From: Lepidodermella squamata
Lineage: Eukaryota; Animalia; Gastrotricha
Assembly: GCA_047495785.1 (NCBI GenBank)
Contig: JBLDXI010000003.1
Span: 3,472,001 to 3,536,000 of the forward strand
Direction: 5' to 3'
Length of the DNA stretch: 64,000 nucleotides
In this document: one piece after another, positions 38,811 through 51,938 of the stretch
Position numbering within the stretch: the stretch's first letter is position 1
Layout of the letters: every line of letters begins with the position of its first letter
Translations under genes and position numbers: made by a program
The notes under the pieces: generated by a model
What the model was told of the DNA's origin: nothing
Database searches by the model: none
The model's input: the letters and a program-made list of their open reading frames with translations, nothing else

Positions 38811-40857
38811 GTTACGCCCATTCGAACAGTGAAAATTCAGTGATTATTTAAAGTATTCTTTTTTCCGTTATTTGCGCCGCTTATTTTCGTCGCCTGATTT
38901 CGTGATTGCTATCGAAAAATGAAATAAAAATGAAGATTTTGCAATACTGTTGTCTTTTCATTTTCTTCTGCTTCCATAAAAATGCTGATATCTGCTCCAG
39001 TCAGGGTTGTGATCGAAGGTGAAAAGTGAAAAGTGCCTCTCAGTCAGAACTACTCACGAGAAAGGAGGGTGTTCAGCTGAATCATGAACAAAATAAGCTC
39101 AAATTTCGGTGGGAAAGTAAACAACGAAGTTTATTTCTCTTCGATCGATTTCGTTAAATCAGAGAAGGTTCTCTCAAGTTTGTTGATGGAACCTGAAAGA
39201 GAATATTACGGGGAACAAGGTGGTTTTTTTTCGTGATTTTATGATTTTTTCAAAAAATTACTCAAGATGCATTTTAAGGTTTTTGAGCTGGCAAACAAAA
39301 TGGGAAATCGACAGGAATGAAAAGGAAATTGTAACAATTAGCGATGCTGGATCTAAATGCGGTTGTTCGTGAGCTTTCTTTGAGCCCATTAATCTGTTGA
39401 AATGGGTTTTCGAATTCGGAAATAAACCATAACAACTGCTTCGAAGAAAGTTTAATTGAACGACGTTTTTCAGGAAAGTAAATTGGTCTTAAGAGCTATC
39501 GCCTTTTGATACTTGAAGCGAATTAACAATTGACGTTTTCTGATATTTTCTATCAAAAAATGTTTTATCAAGTCATTGGATCTAAATACATATATCATTT
39601 GAACAAAAACGACAAGCAACGCAAGCCTGATCATCCAGCTAAGCGAATTCGAGGCCAAAAGCTGATCCGCTCGAATCTCCTGAACCCCGTCGATTCCCCA
39701 CCCCCTGCCCACGGCTTCAGCTATACTATGCAAGTTCGACTTTCGGCTAGCAATCTGTCTGTTCTGGTCCGCGGCCATCGGTTTTGAACTCAAGCGTAGG
39801 TACCATTAAACAGGGATTAGCATTAAACAAATTAAACGGGGATCACATGTTATTTAGTCATCGCGACCCACCGACTCACCTTAGGGTGAATTTAATCTGT
39901 TATTAGCATACTTGAGAGGGCGCCCAGAGGGTGTCAGCGAGCGGTGTAAGATGGTTGAGAGTTTGGACCGTGCGGTGATTAAACGAGAGAGCGGCCTTCA
40001 TCAACACCCAAAGCTATAATTATAAGGGTGATTTAGCGGCGATTTATCAGGTGCAGCCTTTATTCGGCTATTACGGCTCAAAGTTAATAGGTAAGCATCA
40101 CTGCAATTGTTTCTGCGAATCTGCGAAATTTTTCTCACATGCCGGGACTATCATCCGCCTACGATAGGCGGAGAAACGCAGCTAAGCGCCGTGCTCATCA
40201 GGGAGGAGAATCTTCCGAGGGCCAGAAGCGAGGCCGTGGCCGACCTCGCACTGTTCGAGGTGAGACCCAGGCAGTCGTCGAGTCAAAAACCCCGCCCACT
40301 CCGCCTCTATCTACTTCTCCCTGCCCTGACTCGTGTCGATCAACATCAGCAGCTTCTTACCTTTCATTAATTCAGGTACCTATATATTTTTAAATTGAAG
40401 AACTTTTAGCATTTAACACGAATATAATGTTAGTCCCAGAAAAGCGACTGCGGCGTCGTGACAGAAACTGTACCAGTTGCCAATATTGCTGTGCAAACTG
40501 ACCCGCCTACGTCGAGACCGATCATAACTCGAACGATTTCTACTCAGACGGAAGACCACAATGTTATGGCCGCGACTCAGCAGTCTCTACTATTCCTCCA
40601 TGATTAACAAGATTTTGACTGATTTCCTTTAAACAGGCGTCGATTTTCCTATACCTAAGCCTTGTCTCGTTGATTCAATAAATTTGTATGAAAAAAATAC
40701 CTACGTTGCTATGAGAATCGGACATGAAAATGATGACGAACCAAAAAAATCAAGGGTGTTCAAATTTGCATTTTATTCTGATGTTTGCTTCAATCCATTC
40801 GATGTATCACATCTCACAGTTCGCGTAATAAATAATAAATTCACTAATCACATCGAG

Positions 40858-41973
40858 TTAATAGTAGTGCTTGCCACCCTTCTTGCCTCCCTTCTTGCCT
40901 CCCTTCTTGCCGCCCTTCTTGCCGTAGCCACCATCGCGATAGCTGCCAGAGACTGATGCAGCGAAGTCGTGGGTGGCGCGTTCAGCCGAGGCGGAGGCGC
41001 GTTTGCGGCTGTGCTTGGCGCCAGCCTTGCGGGTGTGAGCAGAGTCGGAGACGGAGGTCTTCTTGTTGCTGGTCTTGTAGTCGCGGGCGTTGTGAGAAGC
41101 GCGAGCAACGGAAGCCGAGGCGCGGCGGTGGTGGGCCTTGTTGCGCTTCGCCTTCTTCGAGGCAGCGGCAGCCGAGGCCTTCGAGTCGCGGGAAGCGTAG
41201 TCGGCAGAGTGGGCCTTGCGGGACTTCTTGCCGTGGGCCTTCTTGGCGGTCTTTTTGCGGCTGGCAGTGGTGGCAGCACCGTCAGAATCGGCCTTGGCGA
41301 ACTCTTGCGAGCCGGACTCGAAGCTGAACTTGTTGACCTTGTTGTGGCCCTTGTCGGTGAAGGTCTTCTTCTTGAACTCGATCACCTCGCCGGCCTTGTC
41401 GCGGGCCTGGTCCTTCTGGAAAGCAGCCTTGCGCTTGTGGTCGGCACGGCCGTGCTTCTTGTTGCGCTTGTGCTTCTGGGCAGCGGCGGCGGCGCCAGAG
41501 TCGGCGTAGGCGTTGTCGTGCTTGGCGAAGGCAGCCGAGTCGCTCTTGCGGACAACGCGGCCGTGGCGCTTGCTACCGGCCTTGGACTTCTTCTGGTCGT
41601 AGGCGGAGTCGCGCTTGCCAGCCGAGGCGTAGCTGGCCGAGGCACGTTCGGCGCTGGCCGATCGGGTCTTGATCAGCTTGCGCTTGTCGCTGGTCTTCTT
41701 GTTGTGGGAAGCATCGGCCGAGGCGTAGTCGAATGCAGCGTCTTCTTGCTCAGCAGAGGCGGACTTGCGGTCGTAGGTGTCGCGTTGGTCGACCGAGGCG
41801 GAGAAGGAGGCTTGTTTGCCACCCTTCTTGCCACCCTTGCCTTTTCCATAGCCGCCGGCAAGGACTGAAAAGCGATTGAATATTCAAGTTTCGAGATTGA
41901 AAGAAAACTAGTTTGAAAACTCACCAGCCGAGGACAGGAGAGCGATAACAGCAACTGCGAGAATAATCCTCAT
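40858..41973 (-). CDS. Family B secreted protein B3 (~351 aa, 2 exons)
   Basis: Exons 41973-41925 and 41864-40858. Signal exon, intron and upstream ~200 bp closely match B2. Ends (KKGG)4KHYY. Confidence 0.9.
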
Positions 41974-42918
41974 GTTATTCGGAAAATATATTCAAAATTA
42001 TTTAAAATAAAGAGAGAAGGAGACTGATGATAATTTCCTGAATTCTTAGCCGGTATTTAAAGTAAAATCGGTATGTTTTCACAATACCTGTTACGTGGCA
42101 AATATTTCCCGAGGCGCGTGTTCAATCGCGTGACCAATCCAGTCGCGCCAGAAACAACTTCGCGTAAGCAACGTGGATAGACCACGCGCTTAAAAAAATT
42201 CGATTTTTCAATAATTTTTCCAATAGTGTGATTCGGACTTCGTACTTTGAGCCTTACTTTGAGCAGAGTGAATGTATTGATTAAATTAAACATGTTCGAG
42301 AAATCACAGTCTGAATAATTTAGCAATTGAATCACCTATTTTTCAGTCGATTTAAACTTCATTTTTTTATTTTTTTTTCCCCAGAAATTTTCCAGCAAAA
42401 GCGAGATAGTTGCGGTCGAGAAGAATCGTCATGAGTAATCAGCTGTTTTCGTTACTACAGCACTCAGACCTGACGGCGCCGTATACTATATTGCCAACGT
42501 ATCGCCGTGGATTCTTGCCATATCACCACAATATTATCCATATCAAAAAATGCGCTCGATTGTAAAAAACGTGAGTGTACACAGCCCCGCCCCGAGTTCC
42601 TGGTTTGTTTAGCTCGATAATATGCAAATATTCAACACACACGCGATAACAAGAAACGGGAAATGTACAAAAAACGCGACTTATCATCTCACCTCGTGTT
42701 ACCACCGCGGCTCTTTGCCTAGAAGACACACGTTTGTCGATAAAAAAAACTTGAATAATATCAAATAAAAAACGCCGCGCACTCTAACGAGCTTCGCTGC
42801 CAATAATATTACGGTAATAAAACATCGTAATTTTTTATTGCGCCTAATAAAAAATTACGGCGATGACCAAATATCTGCCTCATTATTATTTTGCAAATAA
42901 TTTATTAATTTATTAATT

Positions 42919-45900
42919 ATGAGCAACCCATCTTCTTCACACGCCGGATCTTTTACCGGTAAAAGTCTGAGAATTCGCAAAAATAATGACCGGCAAGATC
43001 TGAACTCTTGTGCCAAGTTGATTTTGGACGATTTGGGAGCTTTCGACCAAGCTTTGTGGCTTCATGGACCTTTTCCAAGCGATAAAGATGGCGTGAGAAA
43101 GCAACTCGATCATATCGCAACTTTTATGGAAACCTCGAAGCATCTCGCCGCTGTTATCGCGAAGCTTCAGGAAGAGGAATTCGAGGTTCAATCTGTGGCG
43201 AGAAGTTTGCCGAGTAGATCCAGCTCATTCAAAGACCAGCCAGTCGTGTTTTTGTCAAATAAACTCGAAGCGCTAATCGCGACAGTTCAAACCCGGAAAC
43301 AAAATTTGACGAATTTACTCGCTCGAATGGAGTCGGAAGTCGCGAATAATTCAAAAAAATCAGCCAACGAGCTTTTGCTGGAACAAATAGCTGAAATCGA
43401 GCGGCAAATCTCAGCGATAGATGTGTCGTCGAGAGATCTTAGTCAGGATAAATTCGACAGAATCTGCCAACAACTTCAGGCTCAAATTTCGAATTTATTA
43501 AAAATTTCAGGAATTTCCCAAGTTGGAAAACAGGTAATTTTTTTAATTTAATTTCCCAATTTTTAATAAACAATTTTTTAGACCTTGTTAGAGCTTGAAA
43601 AACGGCTTAACACTGTGTTGGCGAAGCCGAGATTAAGCTCTGAATTTTCAACAAATTTCCCGCCTATTCAGGAGGATGATTTCGAGCGTCAGATCGTTGA
43701 ATTGCTGGAAAAACTTGCCTCGGTCGACTCGAAATTGTTCGTACCCCTTCACATTAAGCCAAGTCTAGCCGAGGCGAAAGTACAGCTCGATAACCTGAAC
43801 ACATTTATCACTAGTGAAGTTCAGCCGATTTTGGTCGAAGCTCAAAATATTGTTGAAATAAACGGCCGAAATGACGATTTTCTGGTGGCAGATCTCGCGA
43901 GTCGAGTCGAAAATGTCGAGAAGGAAATCGCCCGGCAAAAGGGTGATTTCGAAAAATCGCTGAATTTAATGGAACAATTCGACAAAATTTACTCGGATTT
44001 TGACGATTGGCTAGTTAAGGTCGAGCAATTAACCTCGATCAAAAGAACTGAATTCTCAGGTAATTTAAAGGCTCAAATCGATGAAATGTCCCGTTTGGAT
44101 GAATTGGCTGGGGAAATCAAAGGAAAAGCGGCCGATATGCGGCAACTTCTCGAAATCGGCACAATGATTGAGTTCAATTTATCGCGACCTGATGCCGTAG
44201 CTTTTCGTAAGAAAATGTCAGAAATTCACCTGAGGTGGAAGGCTGTTAAAGACTCGGCCAGTTTACAATTGAGCAAAGTCTCCGAAACAAATCGATTGGT
44301 CACCCAATTTTTTAATGACTCAAAAGATCTCCACGACTGGATTAATGCGACTCAATTGAAGCTAGCGGCCTCGCAACAACACGAAGCTCCGAATGCTTGG
44401 GAAAGTCGGGGTGTTGTTCAAATTCTACTCCATCGCCTTAACCATCTCGCCGGGCAGATTCGGGCGAAAGAACGGACGTATAACGAGCTAATAGTCCGGG
44501 CAGTCACCCTAAAAGAGCAGCAATGCAAAAATGACCTGGATAAAATTGAATTTCAGTCGAAAATCGATGAGTTGAAGCACGCTTGGCTAGGCCTGATATC
44601 AGCAGTCGACGACCGCAGGCGGCGTCTTGAGAGTGTTTTAATCACCCTGGGCGAGTTTACCGAAACGCCTGATTCATTGGCGAAATGGTTATCTCGGACT
44701 AAATTACTGCTCGATATTGAATTGCCAACTCACGGCGACTCGGCAACTGTGGATAAGCTAATAAGGGACCATCAATCGCTAGAAGAGTTAGTCACGAGGA
44801 GGGCAGAGGCGATTGATCGATTTCGGACAACTAGTCTATCGGCTCATTCTACGACATCTGTATTCTCGGTCACCGATTTCGGCTCGAGTAATTCAATTAG
44901 CGAAAGTGGGGTCATGTGCGAGTTGGAAGACCTGCGGAAACAGGTCAAAGGTTCAGCAGAACGGCGGGCTGAAATTCTGACCCATTCCAAGCAAATGGCG
45001 GAGAAATTTGATGGCCTAATCAAAAAGTTGAATGATTGGTACGACGATTTGAGGTCGAAATGCTCGGCTGTTAGTTCTAGTCTCACGGCGAATAGTAGTC
45101 AATTAACGCGGGCTCAATTGACGGATTGCAGTCAAAAGGTCAATCAATGTGTTCAAGATGCTGAGGTTCAGCGGGCGAATTATAACGAGGCCTTGATATT
45201 AGGCCGGCAAATTTTGGACCACTGCCACCCTGATGCGGTTTTGTCGATAAAACGCAATTTGATGCTTCTCCAATCTCGCTGGGGTGAGATTGTTGTCAAT
45301 AGTTTACAGGGCCTCAAGGTCTATATCGATGAATCGCTGGCGAGGTTTGATAATGATTTGTCTAAACTTGCTGATGTTTCGACTTGGGTCGATGAAGTTT
45401 TGCCGAAATTACTCGTTCAGCCGCTGGATGAAGTTATGCTGAGGAATTGTGATAAGGCAACGCTAGAGCGGTTGTTGAATGAGCAGGTTCGGCTCGAGGA
45501 GAGTATTGCTATGCAAATGGCGGCTTATACCCGGTTACCGGCGCAATTTCAGCGGCGGATTGAGTCGGATTGGAAGAAGTTGTGCCAAATTATTGAAACC
45601 AGGCACAGAACACTGCATGCGGCGACGGAATCCAGGCGTCAGGTTGGTTAATTAACTGAATAAACCGAATGCTTTTTTTCGAGCATTATTCTAAAATAAG
45701 ATGTTTCGATTTTTCGAAATTTCTAGTCCACGAGATAACGGGTAGAGAAGCATGTGCCAGCCACCAGGAAATTTTACCATTTACCTTTCACCCTAATTTC
45801 CGAAAATATCTACTATCTCCGCTCTCAACGCTCCCAATATTGAAAAATCACTGAAATTGTCCCATATGTAAAGCAAAAAGCAAACTAAGAAAAATGAGAG

Positions 45901-47406
45901 GCGAAGTCAAATCTCAAGGCCAGACAAATATTCGAAATTTTTTCAAAAAGTCATAAGAATAGCCGTCAATTATGCCAGTTGAGAATAGAATAAAAAAATC
46001 TAGAGAAATCTGGAGAAACCTGGTCCAGCCGGGTAAAAACCGAAAATTACCGAACCAGTCACCACCGGGATTTTCCAAGTTTTCTCCGGTTGTTTTCTGA
46101 TTTTAATTTCTTCGGTAAAATCGTGAATAAAGGCTAGAAGATTCTACGGGTAGGCTTAATTTTAGAAAATTACTTCAATTTCCTACAAAAAAGTTCGCAA
46201 AATTACAAAATGGTTGCGCCACTAATGGGACACGTTGTACTGGGTGCCCAAAAAGTACGCATCCATTTTACGATTTTCCCATTATTTTTTTTTATTTCTC
46301 CATATTTATTACTGCGAAGGGTATTTTCCATCCATTTTTTGCGATGTTACCGAAGAAACTTATAATTTACCATTAGTAATTGGTTCGGTAATTTTCGGTA
46401 TTTTGCCTCTCTCTATTTGAACCTATTGCTTCCTTATTTTTGGTGACCGATGACAGATTCCATTTTTAATAGCAATTTTTATGCGGGTTTTGAAGTAATC
46501 AGGAAAAGCTCAGGAAAAGAATTTCCCGCTTGGCCAAGATCGCCAAGATGGGAAACGGATGGGTCTAACCCTGTCCTCTACTTCAGCCTTCAACCTTGCC
46601 TTGAGAAATTTAAAACGTCATGGGAGATTGGTCCTTGGAAGGATGAACGTGGCGATAATATCATGTTGTTTTATTATTTAAATTTCCACTTTTATAATAA
46701 ATTTATCATTAAAGTTGATCGAATTCATATTTTTGAACCATATTTCATTTTTTAGGCTGATAAACTACATAACTTCAGCTTTGACGCTTGGCGAAATCGT
46801 TATAACGCTTGGCTGGCCGAAAAGCGGTTCCGCCTTCTCGACGCTTTCCGAGCGCTGGATACAGACCGTGACGGGCGGTTGACGAAGCGCGAATTCATCG
46901 ACGGCGTGTTACGGTCTCGATTTCCTACCAACGGCTCGGAAATGCAGCTGGTTGCTAAACACTTTTTCGAAGGCGGAATCGCGAAAATCGGCTTCGGGGA
47001 TTATCAACGGCTACTGCAGACAACCGTTGTCAACCAGAGCCATGCTGATATCATTCTATACGAAGCTAGTCAATACCTAATGGAGTGCCGGTGTAAGGTC
47101 AGATTTCGTATCGAGCGAATGCCGGATGGTCGGTACAAGGTAAAGTTGGTCAAGATGGCAGAAATTTCCCAAATTGAATGATTTTTTCTTAGATTGGTCA
47201 ACAAATCGCGGTTGTTAAAATTATATCCTCGACGTTAATGGTTCGAGTTGGTGGCGGCTGGGAACCGATGGATGAATTTGTTCGGCGAAATGACCCTTGC
47301 CACGGTAAAAAATAGAAAAATTTCCAATTTTTTTAGCTTTATCTCTTTTTTCTGTTTAGTCGCTGCAGCTCGTCAGCAGCAAAGTTCAGGCAGGAGAGTT
47401 TTTTAA
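42919..47406 (+). CDS. Short spectraplakin-like protein (spectrin repeats, EF-hand, GAR domain; MACF1/dystonin/Shot family), ~1072 aa, 5 exons
   Basis: Exons 42919-43533, 43582-45642, 46756-47139, 47193-47304, 47360-47406. Spectrin-repeat Trp/Leu pattern. EF-hand region [11 protein letters not shown]...[31 protein letters not shown] domain [10 protein letters not shown]...YKIG...[21 protein letters not shown]. Confidence 0.85.
45853..46237. mobile_element. MITE family 1, copy 2 (degenerate left end) in intron 2 of the spectraplakin-like gene
   Basis: Right end GGGACACGTTG|TA (46227-46239). TGTCCCATA at 45858. Internal CCGGGTAAAA..GAAAATTACCGAACCAGTCACCA is shared with 20.4 kb. Confidence 0.7.
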
Positions 47407-47572
47407 ATGACAATCTGAATTAATTTATCAGCTTTTTCGATAATTTCCTCAAACTTGTTACTCATTAAAATAAAAAAATTCTGGTGCAAAATTGGCATGT
47501 TTTATTGTTAAGAAACTAGTGAAATATAGTGAAATTGGTCATGACCTAGGTCAAGTGCGCAATAAACATCAA

Positions 47573-49216
47573 TCACCGCGGCACAGATTGGTTGACATAC
47601 CGCAGCACGCCCTTAATTGGCTTGCCTTTTTTCAGCGATGACGCCTTGCTCTTGCTCTTCCGCTTGACCACACTCCGTCCCCAGTTATCTAATCTGATAT
47701 CATCAGCGATCTGGTAACGAGTATGCCCGCCTCGGTGGTAAAGTACCTTGTACAGCGGCAGCCCGGACGCCGCGACTTCGGTCGCTAAATCAGAACGCCG
47801 GCGGCGGTAGTAACGCGGTCCAATCGGCCGTGGGTAAGTGTAAATCGATTCGTCGTAGTTCAAATCGCTCGGATACCGCTTTTTCACGCGACGTTTCTTC
47901 ACAACGTCGCGAACTGTCGAGCAAGTTTCGCATGTTGTCGTTTCAGATCGGGCGGAAAAATTGTGAACATGAGGTTTTTCTTTGGGCTCTCGAACTCGCG
48001 GCGTCGTTTTGACTGACGGCGGCACTACCGCGGTAATTTTCACTAGATCAGCTTGAGTTGAAGAATCGTTAACTGGAACTAAATCTCGATAGGTTTGCGT
48101 GTCTCGGCTTTTCGTCGGCGGCTTCTCCGGCTGTTTGAAAACAACGCGCGGCGTCGAATTTTTCACCTCATCGGTTTGAACTTCGACCGAGTGACTTTTC
48201 GGCTCGATAACCACCTGGATTGTAGAAACTGGGTTAGGTTTCTTCGGAGTAACTTGATCGCTATTTGAAATTGTTTCGTCTGAATCTCGCCGGCCTCTTA
48301 CCTTATTTCGACCTAGAATCGAGAGCTTGTCCACCATTATTGATTCATTATAGTGAAAATTATCAGGCTCAGGTTCCGGGCTTTTTGTGTCACCCTCGTC
48401 GACCTCAGGCGGGCCGTCGTCTGGCACAACTTTAACGGCGAAGCAACACCGGTCGATGACTTCGTGCTTTTCATCGGCTGACCGGCCTCGCCACGCCATT
48501 TTCGAGCAGCATGAGCAGATGCAGCCGATGATACGCTCGAGTGAACAACACAATCTACCGCCACATCTCGTCGGTTTATCGTCGATGAAACGGCGCCGTT
48601 TCGCCTGGCATAGTAAAACAGCCAATATGATGATGATGATCAGCTCGATGAAGGCGAAAATCGACACTACAATGCCCCAGATAACGGCCCAGCCGAGCCC
48701 ATTGTCGTCATCCTCATCATCACTCGATTTTTCCTCAGTTTCTCGCTTTGAGCGAATTTTTAAGGAGGATTTTTCACATTGTGGCAATTCACTCCACGTG
48801 CCGTCTAATTTGCATTTGGTGACAGAAAAAGTACCGACGGCTAGCTGGTAGCCAGGAACACATTCATAGACGACGAAATCGCCTGCTATTGCCGCGGGTT
48901 GAGTGTAGAAAGAAGATTCGCGAAGTCTCGCATGTTTGATTTCCGGAGCGAGACCGCAAGTTGGCGCCTCATTAGCCGGTGCACATTTCGGCAGCGATGA
49001 CCAGCCGCTTTTAAGGCAAACAGCCGTATCGTGCCATGTTGGAACTAACTGGTAACCGCTTTTGCACGAATATTTTAAAACTGAAGTAGAGTTCGTTTGA
49101 TATGACGAGTCTGAATTTGAAATTACTGGAACAGATCCGCAGCTATCATCGGAGGCATTCGATGTTGATAGTAATAAAATTGCTAACAAGCCTCCATAAA
49201 ATAATAACCCAGTCAT
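47573..49216 (-). CDS. Type I membrane protein with two CCP/sushi domains (547 aa)
   Basis: Signal peptide, two C..P...C..GY.L...C...W...P.C modules, KIRSKR furin-like site, long hydrophobic segment LGWAVIWGIVV...IIIIILAVLLC, then a Cys-rich juxtamembrane region and basic tail. Confidence 0.85.
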   Translation of the reverse strand: MTGLLFYGGLLAILLLSTSNASDDSCGSVPVISNSDSSYQTNSTSVLKYSCKSGYQLVPTWHDTAVCLKSGWSSLPKCAPANEAPTCGLAPEIKHARLRESSFYTQPAAIAGDFVVYECVPGYQLAVGTFSVTKCKLDGTWSELPQCEKSSLKIRSKRETEEKSSDDEDDDNGLGWAVIWGIVVSIFAFIELIIIIILAVLLCQAKRRRFIDDKPTRCGGRLCCSLERIIGCICSCCSKMAWRGRSADEKHEVIDRCCFAVKVVPDDGPPEVDEGDTKSPEPEPDNFHYNESIMVDKLSILGRNKVRGRRDSDETISNSDQVTPKKPNPVSTIQVVIEPKSHSVEVQTDEVKNSTPRVVFKQPEKPPTKSRDTQTYRDLVPVNDSSTQADLVKITAVVPPSVKTTPRVREPKEKPHVHNFSARSETTTCETCSTVRDVVKKRRVKKRYPSDLNYDESIYTYPRPIGPRYYRRRRSDLATEVAASGLPLYKVLYHRGGHTRYQIADDIRLDNWGRSVVKRKSKSKASSLKKGKPIKGVLRYVNQSVPR

Positions 49217-49715
49217 GCTCCTAAAAATTTAGAATAAAAAAATGTAGGCATATTTGTAAATTTTGTATTGCATCGGCTTTCAGATTTCAAGGGCTTTCTA
49301 CAACGTAAAACTTTGAGGCAAATAAATTAATTTTATAAGGCCGCTGATAGTGAGAAGACACGTTGCTAGGTAGCCTGAGTCTTCAATCGGGATGCGTTGT
49401 GTACATTCACGCCATGGGAACACTGCACTAAATATAAGGCAATTGAATGGAAGGCGGCTTCGCTTAACACATATAAAAGCAAACGATGGAATTTTTATTT
49501 CTCACGTGATATAAAAAAATGAAAAAATGAAATCGGAAGATTGTAGATTATCACAGGTATATAGATAAAGAATATTTGCAAAAGTTTTAAGAAGGTCGTG
49601 ACTTGTGACTAACAAGGTTCAAGTCGACCAACTCAAAAGTTGAAATTAAAACACGTCATAAAAACAAATATTTTAAAAATTGCGCTAATTCAACCGAAAT
49701 ATCTAGATCAAGGCG

Positions 49716-51938
49716 TTATACTTGATCATCATCAGTACCCCGCCATACATCCAGCCATTTGACTTCGGATTTGTCATCAGAATTAGCCGGTCGACCATCT
49801 TGGTAGTAATAACCAACGTTAGGCCCAGCCGATTTTGCCCTTCTCCTTGCAATCCTTTCATCCTCTTCGTTATGCTTCATAACAATCGCCGAATCATCGA
49901 TAACCCAACGTTTCCGCCCTATCATGTCAGCGCTAGTTTTGATATTCGCGATACTAATCCTGTTGTCAGGCGTGAAGGCCCGAGAAGGTCTCCCGCTGCC
50001 TAGAATCGGCCGACAAGCATCATGGCCATGTATAATCTGGTTGTAGTAAGCATTCGGGCGATGATATAGGACCGAGACGATAGGCGTTTTTCGCAAGTAA
50101 TACATTTTTTGAGTATTAATGGGAGCCAGTTTTTTCTTCGGCTTGATAATAATGACCTGAGCATCGGTTGGAACCATCTCCGCCTCGGCTTTTGGCAGCG
50201 GCGGTGGTGAAGGTGAAGGTGATGGGACAGGAGGTGGTTGAGGAATATGTCGGCTCGGGGTATGGCGGTCGACAGTTTCCTCAACTACTACCTCCTCGAC
50301 AACTGTTTTCCGCTGGCTCCACTCCTCCCAACATTCAGTCACGATTTTTTGCTTATATATTGCCAGCCACTCTTCGTCGACGATTTGAACGGGCTCGGTA
50401 AGGACAGAAACTTGTCTCACCTGGGGCCCTTCTGTGTTAGATCCGGTTGAAAGTAGAGTTTTATTGGGATCGACAGGAACCGGTACTGTTACCTCGACTA
50501 CAACAGGCTCAATAGGGTCGGTGTTAATGCCGAATACCCGGGTTCGAACTGGGTCTGTATCAACTCCGAAAGTTCGGGTTTCGACCTTCCGGGGTGACGG
50601 AGGTTTCGTGGCTGGTTCTACTGGCTTCGGTTGCGAAGGGGGTGATAGTGGCGGTGTCTTAGGCCTCGGGGGTGGTGATTTTTCTCTTGACGGTGGTGTT
50701 TTAGGTCTCGGTGGTGGTGGGGGCGATTGTGAGGGTGCTAGCGGTCTTTCCGGGTCGACTTTACCGCGGCATTTCGGGTGGCAGGCCATAACAAGAACGG
50801 ATGTTAAAATTGAGAGCAGCATGGTTGAGGTGATTGTCATAGTGCTGGCCCAGATTAACCAACCACTGCAGTCTTGGTCGTCTTGCGTCAACAGAGATTT
50901 TGCGGCTCCAGCTATTGCTCCCATTGGTGACTGGATAAAGTTTGGAATGGCAACTTTTACCACAACTGTGTCGTTGTCCGGAGCTGCGAGGCATAATAAG
51001 ATTAAAATGTATTTTAATGACATTTTCAAAAAAATTCCGGCAAATTTTTTAAATTTTAAATTCATTAATTTAATTTTCTTCGATGTGAAAACACATTTTA
51101 AGAGCATCAAAGTTAAACGCTGCTTGATTGAGTTCCAGCCCAAATGCCTAAAAATGTGTTTGAAATGATTCAAGTGTCATAATTAAAAAATATTTACTGC
51201 AAATTATGTAAAAAGTTTTGCCTCACCTAAAATGCATCGTGGAGGCGCCGTCCATAAGCCATCCTGGCCGCAGTACGTGTAGTCAATGTCCTTTCCTTGA
51301 TCATGGGTCATAGAAAATGGGGCGACACATTTGTACTTGACAAAATCGCCGAAGCGTGCTCGTGTGTTGTTGAGAAAATTCTGAAATACGACGTAGCCGT
51401 TGTCTACCACTGGATACCTGATCGGGCATTGAGCTGATCATAATTAATAAATTGATTTATTATCACCAAAATTCGGTTCTGTCTTCGCACCTTTCTGCAG
51501 ATCAACAGGAAGACTTTGACGCTGGGGAATCGCCGGATTCGGGTTATCAGCTTGGTTACCATCTGGCTGGCAAACTGGTAGCGGAGTCCAAGTGCCGTCA
51601 TTACGGCATATCAAATAGTCGACAGAATTGTCAAATTTGTAACCAGCGAAGCAATAATAATTGACCTGCACAAATAGCAGCGATTTATCTCAAACGTTTA
51701 TTAAATAGGTCAGTGACCTACTCTTGTGCCTGGCAATAAACGAATACTGCTCAGTGCGGCCTCGTTATAACCGCCGTTTGCTATCCGACCTGGCCTACCG
51801 CATTGAACTAATTGAGAAATAAATAAATTCGATTTTGAATCGATAATTTAAATCAAAATTTTTACCACTATTTTGTGCCAGTGCATTTTCTGCGATTGCC
51901 AGAGCGCTTATAATAAGTATCCAAATTTCAGGCGGCAT
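49716..51938 (-). CDS. Type I membrane protein with two CCP/sushi domains and a Pro-rich cytoplasmic tail (~602 aa, 5 exons)
   Basis: Exons 51938-51866, 51807-51722, 51665-51491, 51433-51227, 50983-49716 (1809 nt). Signal peptide MPPEIWILIISALAIAENALA. TM segment WLIWASTMTITSTMLLSILTSVLVMAC. Confidence 0.8.

Noticed and set aside
39470-40700. Short ORFs between A3 and B3 (also 12423-12761, 16867-17091, 32875-33123)
   Set aside because: No recognisable motif, codon bias or consistent splice structure. They may be decayed repeats but I cannot support that.
71-41973. Histone H1, protamine-like or sperm nuclear basic protein identity for the K/R/S-rich ORFs
   Set aside because: Spliced models begin with hydrophobic signal peptides and there is no winged-helix globular domain. 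The similarity is compositional only.
49716-51173. 485-aa ORF taken as a full gene with its own N-terminus
   Set aside because: Its first ~63 codons are AT-rich intron sequence. The exon starts at 50983 and joins upstream CCP exons.
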